Below are positions 23,501-29,085 of a stretch of DNA of 64,000 bases, in pieces; the stretch's first letter is position 1; every line of letters begins with the position of its first letter. The DNA is from Andalucia godoyi And28 (Eukaryota > Protista > Jakobida), in NCBI GenBank assembly GCA_009859145.1, contig VRVR01000025.1, forward strand, positions 7,211-71,210, in the 5' to 3' direction. The notes below the pieces were generated by a model. The model did not search any database. It was given only the letters and a program-made list of their open reading frames with translations, and had not been told where the DNA came from. The position numbers and the translations under genes are program-made.

Positions 23501-25012
23501 AACCGTCGTTATTCCATCGAACGCATATGAAATGACATTCTGGAACATGACCTCGAGATCTTTGATTCCGTTCTTGTAGACGCCGTAATCGTCGTGCCAT
23601 TTTGTAGCTTTGACGTCCAGAATATCATAGGGCAGCGAGCGAAGAGTTAGAATCTGTTTTTCAAATGCCTTTTGGATGTCGAATAGCGACTTTTGAATTT
23701 CGGGGCCTTTCGAACCACCGAAAACAGGCATTTGTCCGTCCTCGCCATCGGGAAAACACCGCACAGACTTGCGACAGAATTGGATCTGGCCTTCGCAAAC
23801 CTCCCACATATCCCGACAGCGCTGGACAAATGCATCGACCTCTGGGAAAATGGCGGATTCTTCAAAATTCCACCCTTTGGAAGAACTTCGCTCCATGACA
23901 ACAAGTGCCTTGCGATAGATGTGCTTCCACGACTCTCCGCAAAGAGAACACTCTTCTAAAATCTTCATGCAGGAGATGACCTTCCCGTCGAAAATGTCGT
24001 TCAAGGAAATTGCGGCACGGCAGCGGTTGATGATTTCGTTCGAAACTTTTCTCAACAGACCGCATAGTCGGTCTGGAGTCCCGTAGAATTGGGAGTACGA
24101 ACCGATAAGCCTGATTCTGTTCAGAATATTGGGAAGACATGATGCTATCTCGGAAGGCAAAGCTTTGGAGAGCTCTCTGCAAGGAGGCTCGATGGTGCCG
24201 AGAAATTTGAGATTGTCCTGTGCCTCCGCATATCGTCTTTGGATAAGAGAAGAAAGCTTGTTGAACGGCTCCAGATACGAGGATTTCGCCTTGAACAAGA
24301 CCTCGACGATCTGCTTGACTTCCGGACGCTCCAGCTGATTTTTAATTCCATTCAGATCCGCTGCACGAGATTTCCAAAAGTCAATTTCTGCGAGCGGTCC
24401 AGCAGATTCGGAGTTGTCCATGCTGTCCTTTTCATTCACGACCTCTTTGATTTGACGGGTCCAATGAATGAGGGCCGATTCCAGCCGCTGGATCAGATCC
24501 TTGTCCCGTGCAGCGCGTTCTGAGTCCTCCAAGTCTTCTTGAGGAACGTACAACACCGTAGAACCACGCAAATGATAGACAGTTTCTGTGAGGGACGCCA
24601 TGAACTTGTGCAGTTGTCCCGAAAAATCCTTCTTAAAGGACTCCGGCCAGGACTCGTTCTTCAAAAAGGACGGAGCATAGAGTCCTTGCATCATACGAAG
24701 CAAACCATCGAGTGCATCTCCTTTCAGAATACCAAACTGAATTTCTGCGTCAATCGTTTCATCATCGACAACCAGATCGCCAGGCTTGACAAAATAAACA
24801 AGAGAGCGAACCTTTCGAGACGGCAGATCAAGGGAAACGGCGTCCCCAAACCAAAACATTCGGTGAAGAGAAGGCGTCCCAAGAAACTGACCAACGACGT
24901 CACACAAGATTTCATCCGGAACATCAACGAAATCATGCCCTTCAAGAGCTGCAGCACGCCTGCGCACCCATTCACAACAAAACGGAGAGACAAAGTACTG
25001 CTCCGCTTCCAT
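11501..25012 (-). CDS. DNAH2: Axonemal dynein heavy chain, inner-arm I1/f beta type
   Basis: Single 4503-aa ORF. P-loops GPAGTGKT, GQTGSGKS, GNTGVGKT, GVGGSGRQ; CFDEFNR; stalk and microtubule-binding region; C-terminus DHWVKRGTALM. Subtype inferred from length, N-terminal tail and C-terminal motifs. Confidence 0.93.
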   Translation of the reverse strand: MEAEQYFVSPFCCEWVRRRAAALEGHDFVDVPDEILCDVVGQFLGTPSLHRMFWFGDAVSLDLPSRKVRSLVYFVKPGDLVVDDETIDAEIQFGILKGDALDGLLRMMQGLYAPSFLKNESWPESFKKDFSGQLHKFMASLTETVYHLRGSTVLYVPQEDLEDSERAARDKDLIQRLESALIHWTRQIKEVVNEKDSMDNSESAGPLAEIDFWKSRAADLNGIKNQLERPEVKQIVEVLFKAKSSYLEPFNKLSSLIQRRYAEAQDNLKFLGTIEPPCRELSKALPSEIASCLPNILNRIRLIGSYSQFYGTPDRLCGLLRKVSNEIINRCRAAISLNDIFDGKVISCMKILEECSLCGESWKHIYRKALVVMERSSSKGWNFEESAIFPEVDAFVQRCRDMWEVCEGQIQFCRKSVRCFPDGEDGQMPVFGGSKGPEIQKSLFDIQKAFEKQILTLRSLPYDILDVKATKWHDDYGVYKNGIKDLEVMFQNVISYAFDGITTVAGGVDLLEAFTLLARREFVKRAVEKRTADVFNLFLSNVNTIKREFDLWKKNPPLLPEHPSFSGAALWAKSFIDRISVDKRILDKSWFLTRPREADEADEAYDGLCNALREYINKLYVDWLKTINNEDVSQKLELNLMLRYDSESGMLKNNFDPGIMRMFQEVRYWDKLNGDGFHFEIPYAAMDLAVREDKLRVVREHVSIVVKEYNLILELLSPWERKLFARHVEYVDKRINTGVMKLSWQSKGVVEFFVRECRKVCREVYSIVQQFQESHKKIEDLCKSIAETMLVLIKRKTVYAEGEFEKHQAEHREHVKNQLVVMHKDVLGHLAKCYAFFKGHPEEIQRQWRAYLERIDKKVEDALRTTVKRSLQEISRAINGDSKSEVVPLFLVYVVLGNSAIELRPSVPQLTQTVNIISKELISIITIVPRMQQDMVEALETELSAAAAVDPNSVVKAAEALPAQNTKPKTVEIRSEPKAKYYEVISNDDEILKVMVAIMTGMSTISDSCTKYLFKWEKYKNVWADKDNFIRRFANLNRPLSSFENEINKYRDLKSDIENEETTSVIDFLRVESGPLKNSLVSHCVQWENKFTQLLNTISIKELNTLYEYFSSNSAKVKKMPKDLRQLGESISLVDALQKEEERIHSRFEPLSQQYAVLEKFDVQVSDDELDRLRGLENGFLSFQKTVADSKKMLQSKKEGFKSELLRDLDLFSKGLVSLREEFTTRAPFSSEFAVPDAYAIIEEFRAALSQRQQREAELKSGLKIFEIDNPPYREMAEVSKEVDLLHDIWHLVEEWNTSYDNWKLGAFSGLKIDEMETQAQGYVKRLVRLGRDIKGWTVWTSLKKRVDQFRATMPLIQDLKNPAMRDRHWTQLMDEIGKEFDPKAEAFTLEKVMELGLDQFGEAISSLSTSAAKELSIEQALQKIESTWGELAFDVSPYRKDYFLLKISEDLFTTLEDNQVALGSMKASRFVVAFEQHVNYWERTLSLISEGIDMLLQVQRQWMYLENIFGGSEDIRKQLPNETALFDAVNKNWRFVMDRIRRDPNAKNATHVEGLLDLLNEMNSHLERIQKQLDNYLETKRQAFPRFYFLSNDDLLEILGQARDPRAVQKHLKKCFEAIQSLELKDKDGRGFQALGMQSPDAEFVLFSHPLNIDPGVPVESWLTEVEKSMRVTLKKLLKTTLQSMKGSKKEKWIKDWPGQLLITAGQVFWTTECTKALQSAESGDKKSLRQVRTKWISLLNKYSAMVRGQLSKLDRMKLVALITIEVHARDVIDKMIKTNTSSVMDFEWLKQLRFYWETDEEGCVSRQTNATINYDYEYLGNSGRLVITPLTDRCYMTLTTAIQLKRGGNPQGPAGTGKTETVKDLGKAIAKYVIVFNCSDGLDYKSLGRMFSGLAQTGAWSCFDEFNRIEVEVLSVVAQQILSILNAIKQGKTSFSFEGVDIRLNPTCGIFVTMNPGYAGRSELPDNLKALLRPISMMVPDSALIAEIMLFSEGFNSAKVLSRKMTTLYQLMIQQLSKQDHYDFGLRAVKSVLVFAGSMKRSDPEGDEEALLYRSCRDSNIPKLVAEDVPLFNAILGDLFPGMDPPAVDYGKLQEAIEIEMREAQLQVNKHLVSKSIQLYETKCTRHGVMVVGQTGSGKSSSWTILSKALTRLKKDSVADYQAVKTFILNPKSVAMGELYGEYDLNTREWADGVLSCLMRNACADEKSDEKWLVLDGPVDTLWIESMNTVLDDNKMLTLISGERISLPKTVSLLFEVQDLAVASPATVSRCGMVFYDFKDLGWKPFVDSWLERREEKEKSYGNNASAETVDILRKLFDKYVARSLAFRRKECTELVGTTDISAVKSLCKLYDSLASPDQGLTPGEEGHGQLVHMTFLFCLIWTVGASVNEDGRRKVDMFIRETDPQFPSKETVYEYFLDHKNRAWKHFDEKVPHQWKPKPDTPFHRIMVPTVDTVRNSFVSTALVRAGQFVLLVGNTGVGKTAIVQSILQSLDETYSTLTINFSAQTSSKGLQDIIEARVEKKTKDVYAPPAGRKLVTFIDDLNMPQKDLFGSQPPLELLRHWMDYGFWYDRAKQQAKYIKMMQVIAAMGPPGGGRTSISQRLQSRFNIINVTFPNESQIKRIFGTLINTKLADFEEEIKPLGDVMTQATIDVYNIISEKMLPTPNKSHYLFNMRDLSKVFQGLLRARKDYHDSKEIVTKLWAHECLRVFHDRLNSSEDKSWFADLLNEKLSAMFATKLSSLFKGDLPPLFVNFMREMENAPYEEITSAKQLRKFLEDRLEDYNTEPGVRPMNLVMFTDAMEHVCRIHRVLASPRGNLLLVGVGGSGRQSLCRLASYLAGHAFFVVEVKKNYRKSDFREDLKKLFDMTGSKKKTTVFYFSDTQIVEEGFLEDVNNMLSSGEVPNLYAADEFQAVKEEIRADARKADVPDTNEDLYAFFIERVREHLHIVIGMSPVGDAFRNRIRMFPALVNCTTIDWFSEWPAEALAEVAQKFLDEVDLGSAEIKKAVSHVFVTAHTSVIEMSAKMFSSLKRVNYVTPTNYLELVKVYESLLSEKRKYIGDLANKLRNGLDKLEDTAKQVASMKVELEEKKKIVAKSQKECEDLLVVIVQEKRIVDEQEKEVRADEIKISKEKDEAMSMAAEAQAELDKAIPALEAAQKALESLSKSDVSEVRAYAKPPPDVQTTLSAVMVVLKKQPTWDEAKRVMGDANFLSMLMNYDASNLSDALLSKISKFTSREDFTPELVGKVSRAASGMCLWVHAIENFGRVSKVVGPKRARVQSAMDELARKEKQLSDSRARLAEIMAKVQSLKDQYDKSIKEKETLRKEAEELELKLDRAEKLVNGLSGERARWELSIKDYEADLHNLVGDVLLAAAFLSYGGPFTSEFRERLVRQTWVPMVRQLNIPCSPGFSFSKFLARPTDVRDWNIQGLPTDDFSTENGVLVTRGKRWPLMIDPQNQANKWIKNMERGRKLRVTDPKSGDFLRVLENAIPYGIPVLMQDVEEELDPSLEPLLSRAIVKQGNRMTIRLGDKDVEFNPDFRLYLTTKLANPRYAPEISTKAAIINFAVKEQGLEDQLLGIVVRKERPDLEEQKDELVVSMAAAKRKMVELEDEILRLLSEATGSLLDNEELIMTLQTSKTTSEELKQQLVVAEQTEQKIDTAREQYRPCAARASILFFVLNDLASVDPMYQFALDAYVELFHQSIDRSMKSEDVPARLRALNDFHTYAVYKSTCRGLFEKDKLLFSFQMCVRIMQHAKKINMDEYAFFLRGGQVLDKDIQPPNPCPNWLSETGWDNIYEVDRQLPWAFRGIAQSLEQLPQEWHEWFLSAEPEGTPLPGEWEGRLSDLQRMVLVRCLRPDRVVFMATSFVNTNLGHKFIEPPVADLHQISQETTSPSQPLIFVLSPGVDPTVQLQDLSKKIGIELYTLALGQGQDGPATRLIERGAAEGHWIFLANCHLMISWMTKLEKIIEDLPNRKPHARFRLWLSSSPHPKFPISILQSGIKMTTEPPRGLKNNLLRLYSLISEEDFERCKRPDRYKKLLFALCFFHSVLVERRKFGTLGLNIPYDFNDSDFSVSENILSLYLDEYKEIPWAQLRYLVAEASYGGRVTDDFDRRLLLVYINQYFCDDAVNVDRFRLSSLSTYAIPKDGPLQSFRDSVQQLPVVDKPEAFGQHPNADIASQIQEATNVLTTLLSLQPPTSGSKDVGEKDKKDEKDPAPVAKAASREDVVYDLASDLESRIPENLDYDMTVESKAEDPSALNIVLFQEILRYNSMLKKVRSSLSDLKKGIKGLVVMTAELDEIFTYLYDGRVPPAWLKTYPSLKPLAGWTRDLQMRIQQLKDWSEGSQPKVFWLTGFTFPTGFLTAVMQNAARKLAVSIDTLVWEFSIVQVAEKDITQAPKDGVYVSGVFLEGAGWDHEKMCLAEPKPMQLLVDMPVIHFKPVEARKKSTKGIYSCPLYMYPVRTGTRERPSYIISVDLKSGEQEADHWVKRGTALMLSTA

Positions 25013-25574
25013 CGTGATGGCTTGCTTGATAGGAATAATAACGGTAGAATGAAGAGAAAAGCAGGAGAAAATTAATTATAAAAGATGAAGAAAGAGAAGA
25101 AGTAGTAGTAGTAGTAGTGAAAATACAAAATGAAAAATAAGAATAAAAAATGAAAAGAAGAAACGCAGAGAAGGGAGGGGAGGGGGAAGGGTCGGACAAT
25201 CAAACTGCCAGTAAGGCAAAAACAAAAAAAACATTTCAAATTGGGCGCGCCCTCTTCGGGAGTTCCACCGCTACAGTCGGCAGACGGTTTATACCTCACC
25301 AGGGGGGCCTCCTTATGGGGCACGGAGCCCCAGAGTTGGAGATGATTTCTCGCCAAAAAAGAAAAAAGAAAACAGAAAAAACATCTGGATAAGTAACTTT
25401 GGACTGCAAGATTAGGAGATGAAAGTGAAGCCACGTGGCACGAAAGCCCACACTGAAAAGAACAATCATATACAGCAAAAGATTAAAATCTACTATTTTA
25501 AGAGTAAGTAAAGACCCGAAAGAAAGAAAGAAAGAAAGAAAGAAGAAAACAAAAGAAACCCGTGTCTGCTGCCT

Positions 25575-27866
25575 TCAGGGTTCGTGGTGCCCCGAGACTG
25601 AATCCATAGGCACAACCCGACTCCCTCTCGAATCACGGGGCCGAGGCTGAGTAATCCTCGGCGTTCCTTCCGGCTTGCTGTTGTCTTCGGCGGCTCGGAT
25701 TCGTGACGTCTTTCCTTCGCCTTCCTGGAGCATCCGTGCGATGGCCGAGGCGTGGGCCCGTACACTGAGAATTTTCGTTGACATACAGCCAAAGCCTTTG
25801 ACGAGAACTTCGCTTCTGGATTCGAACAAGTGCGTGAGAGGATGTTGAGAATCTTTCAATTGGTCGAAGGTGTCTTCTGTGATTTGCAGCGCTCCAGGCT
25901 GCCCGGTGCTTTCCATTCTCGAGCCGAGATTGACAATCGGGGACCAAATGTCCCATGCAAACTTTGTAGTTCCAATGACACCCGACACGATGGTGCCGCT
26001 TGCGGCTCCTATACGCAAATCAAACTCAGAACCGCAAAGTTCTAATTCGGGTGTCAAGAGCAGAACTTCGGTCGCAAAAAGCACTGCACTGCGAGCGTGA
26101 AATGCATGAGCACGAGGAGCACCACACACATACAGCCCTCCGTCTCCCAGCAATTTGACCTTTTCCATGTCATATTTGAGCGCAATCCTGTCGATTTTGT
26201 CGAAAATAATGTGCAAGGATTCGACAAGACGTGACGCTGCGCACGACGCAGTTTTGGATGTGAAACCGCAAATATCGATGAACACGACTGTCCCGTTGTG
26301 CTCTCCAGAGTACCGAATGCCTTCCTTAAGCTCGACGGCGACGGATTCTGGGACGACACTCATCAGCAGACGGTCAGCTAGCCGACGCTGCGCTTTGTTT
26401 TCCTTCATGAGCCGCTGGCACTTTGCATGTGTCCGTGCCGCGATCATCGACACTAGCACCTGCATCCCCAAGATTAGAATGCCAAACACCATGAGAGCTA
26501 TCAACAACTGCGATGCATCCAGAACAGGAAAAGAAGATGGGACAAACGAGCAGGACGAGTCTCCAAACACCATCACCGCATTCGAAGCGAAATGAAAGGC
26601 GGCAACGCCAGTGCCAACAATACAGGAACCCAGCAAGCAGCCAAAACCAGTAGGACACCACTGGAAAACCCAAACGATGACCATGCAAACCCCGGCTCCT
26701 AAAACCAGAGGCCACACAAATAAAGACATCTTGTGCATGGGACAGACTTCTCCTCGAAATGATAGCATTCCAATGTGATGCATCAGAACTGCTCCTAAAA
26801 TGAGCAAAATCACAGCGAGGAAATACTCCAGTGGACTCATTGTTGGAATCGCTTTCTTGAATGCATTGATGCAACTGCGGCGAAGCTTTTCCGCTCGGGT
26901 GACCGGACGGTTCAAAGTGGAGGATGACGGGTCAAAAGAAGACTCGGAAATTCCAGAACTAACGCACTTAGGATCAAATGATCGCATGGAAAACACATCG
27001 CTAGAATCGGGAGGGTCTAGTGTGGCACAACCAACTTGTGAGACAGACGGCGTTGAGGAGTTTTGTCGTTCTGTCCGAGATAGTGCCAACCTTGTAAACG
27101 AGCTTCCCTGAACGGGTTCTCGGATAACAGAGAGGTCTTCAGACTCCGACAAGCCATCCACAATGGAGGGAGAGCGGATTGGCACTCTGTAAACAACACT
27201 TTGATGAAACGATGGTGACGGGGCCTCCAGGACAACAAAGCTCGCTTTTGAATTGCCAACTAGACGATGAGGTGGGGAAGCTGAGTCGAGATTGGCATGG
27301 CTGGCGTGGGCGGTGTGATCAACAGACCTTTGTGTTTGTTGCATCTCTGGGTCATGATGCGACAGCTCTTCAATCTGCAAAATTTCGGATTTTCGAGTCA
27401 GCCGCAGTCCCCCGTCGTCGGAGAACATCGCCAACTTCGTCCTGGACTTGGCCACGCGTTTCTCCGTGTCCTGGAATCGCAGTCGAGCTCGAAGGGCCAA
27501 GAACAAACCAGAACCACCAAACAATATAACAGCAAAAAGCGACAGGAATGTCAGCATAACATCGTAAATCTGTTCTCGAGAAGGGGAGAATGTGATCGCC
27601 ATCATTCCTGTGAAGTGCAAGGCAAAGATGCAAATGCTCGACGCCGACACTGCTGCAATCATCAGAATGACGGTTCTTAATGGAGATTTTGGCAGCAGTC
27701 CAAGATGAATTACGACCCCGGCGAGCTGCAAAGATGCGAAAGATCCGATAAAAGAGATGATTACCGAAGCCATCACAATCGTGGGATCCAACGACGGCGT
27801 CAGTGTGTTGGAAGAGGCAGGATCGTGGTTGCCGATGAAGGAATGATCATTTTGCCTGGTGACCAT
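25575..27866 (-). CDS. MHYT-domain membrane sensor fused to a class III adenylyl cyclase
   Basis: First ATG at 27866. MHYT-like repeats ALHFTGM, LMHHIGM, AFHFAS. Cyclase motifs VFIDICGFT, KVKLLGDG, LRIGAASG, WDIWSPIVNLGSRMES. Confidence 0.85.
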   Translation of the reverse strand: MVTRQNDHSFIGNHDPASSNTLTPSLDPTIVMASVIISFIGSFASLQLAGVVIHLGLLPKSPLRTVILMIAAVSASSICIFALHFTGMMAITFSPSREQIYDVMLTFLSLFAVILFGGSGLFLALRARLRFQDTEKRVAKSRTKLAMFSDDGGLRLTRKSEILQIEELSHHDPEMQQTQRSVDHTAHASHANLDSASPPHRLVGNSKASFVVLEAPSPSFHQSVVYRVPIRSPSIVDGLSESEDLSVIREPVQGSSFTRLALSRTERQNSSTPSVSQVGCATLDPPDSSDVFSMRSFDPKCVSSGISESSFDPSSSTLNRPVTRAEKLRRSCINAFKKAIPTMSPLEYFLAVILLILGAVLMHHIGMLSFRGEVCPMHKMSLFVWPLVLGAGVCMVIVWVFQWCPTGFGCLLGSCIVGTGVAAFHFASNAVMVFGDSSCSFVPSSFPVLDASQLLIALMVFGILILGMQVLVSMIAARTHAKCQRLMKENKAQRRLADRLLMSVVPESVAVELKEGIRYSGEHNGTVVFIDICGFTSKTASCAASRLVESLHIIFDKIDRIALKYDMEKVKLLGDGGLYVCGAPRAHAFHARSAVLFATEVLLLTPELELCGSEFDLRIGAASGTIVSGVIGTTKFAWDIWSPIVNLGSRMESTGQPGALQITEDTFDQLKDSQHPLTHLFESRSEVLVKGFGCMSTKILSVRAHASAIARMLQEGEGKTSRIRAAEDNSKPEGTPRITQPRPRDSRGSRVVPMDSVSGHHEP

Positions 27867-28261
27867 CTCCACAACCCTGCGTGAATCTTGAAAACCTGAG
27901 GACACGAGGGGAGAAAATCACGAAGAACGTCGCTCGGCGGAGTTTTCGGATTTCGATGAAACCCGCTTCATCTGAAAGCGGGGAACAAGTGCAGGCTGCG
28001 TAGCGACTGCCATCCTTCCGAGTCAACAGACCTGTGGTACTGCATCGGAGCACGTACGAGCAAAGAGACGCCCATGTTGATCGTGCATAGGCTGGCCCAA
28101 AAAAAGAAAGAAAAAGACGGCGGGAAACGAGCTGCTTCTCGGCACCTTACGCAAGGTAGGGCGTCTCCGCGGTTGTCCGCGCGCGTGCAACAAGTCGAGC
28201 AGCGAGCCGCGACGGCTGACAGCTTTGTGTGTCAGCGCTGAGCATCAAACAAACAGCATGC

Positions 28262-28700
28262 TTGTTTTTTATAAACGAACCCTCAAGCCGCACCTTTCGT
28301 CAAAGACAAAGACAAAGTATCTCATGGCTCCAAAGAAGGATCTTCCCAGCAAACGCAAACCGGCCATGCCCGACGATGCCGAGAAACCAAGGAACCCGTT
28401 GATCCCCTCTCGTCCGAGACGAAGAGCAAGATATTTTAAATCACAGAGATGTGGTCGATTTGCGTTCGGCATGCGCTGTCAAGCCAGGGAACAAGAAGGA
28501 GGAAAGGCAATTGCATCGTCAGCCGCGATGCGCAACGCCGCCGACCACATTCTGTTTCCTCCAACGTTCATTTCTTTGAATGTTGAATCGATTGGGGGAA
28601 ATATGTCGGTTGCAATGACCCTTTGACCGCATGGAAGAGTCGGTGATCTCCCCATTAAAACAAAACACGTGTGTCTTGGATCTGGCTTCGGTGACAGCTT
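28262..28700 (+). repeat. Repeat family 1, module A, diverged copy
   Basis: Aligns by eye with 44330-44768, for example gaccacattctgtttcctcc…tttctttgaatgttgaatcgattgggggaaatatg…gtgatctccccattaaaacaaaacac. The middle part has many substitutions. Confidence 0.9.
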
Positions 28701-28730
28701 AAAAGTTCGAAAAAAAAACCATCGAGCCGC

Positions 28731-28815
28731 TGCCGCTTATTGCGATATGATGAAGCAGTCCAAGGCGCAAGACAACAAAAAACACTGCCACGCGCCATGC
28801 ACATGCGTTTGCTAT
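28731..28815 (+). repeat. Repeat family 1, module B, copy 1
   Basis: tgccgcttattgcg…tgatgaagcagtc…aacaaaaaacactgccacgcgccatgc…atgcgtttg matches 44193-44289. Confidence 0.9.
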
Positions 28816-29085
28816 CTTGACAACTCCGTCACACGATGCCCGATTCGTTTCGCCCCATTTTGATCATGAAATTCCTTTATAAACACGCCGCCGCGCTGCA
28901 TTCTCGCACAGCGACGCTCATTTCTTATTTTTATTCTTATTATCCGTGGATTTAGTGTACAATGTAGGCGTCATAAATATCATTTGTACAAAAATAAAAA
29001 ATAAAATGTTTAATTTTAAAAAATGACATTAGCAGCAAAAGAGACCATGACAACCATGATGATAAATGGTAATAATACAGTTTGT

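Noticed and set aside
28117-28128. E2F-like GGCGGGAAA and GGCGCGC motifs in several upstream regions (also about 25243, 44797, 50410)
   Set aside because: Short GC-rich words at inconsistent positions; enrichment cannot be shown without a genome-wide background.
28746-28815. TGATGA (box C-like) in repeat module B and at about 36883, suggesting C/D snoRNAs
   Set aside because: No terminal CTGA box D at a suitable distance, no terminal stem and no evident rRNA-complementary guide.
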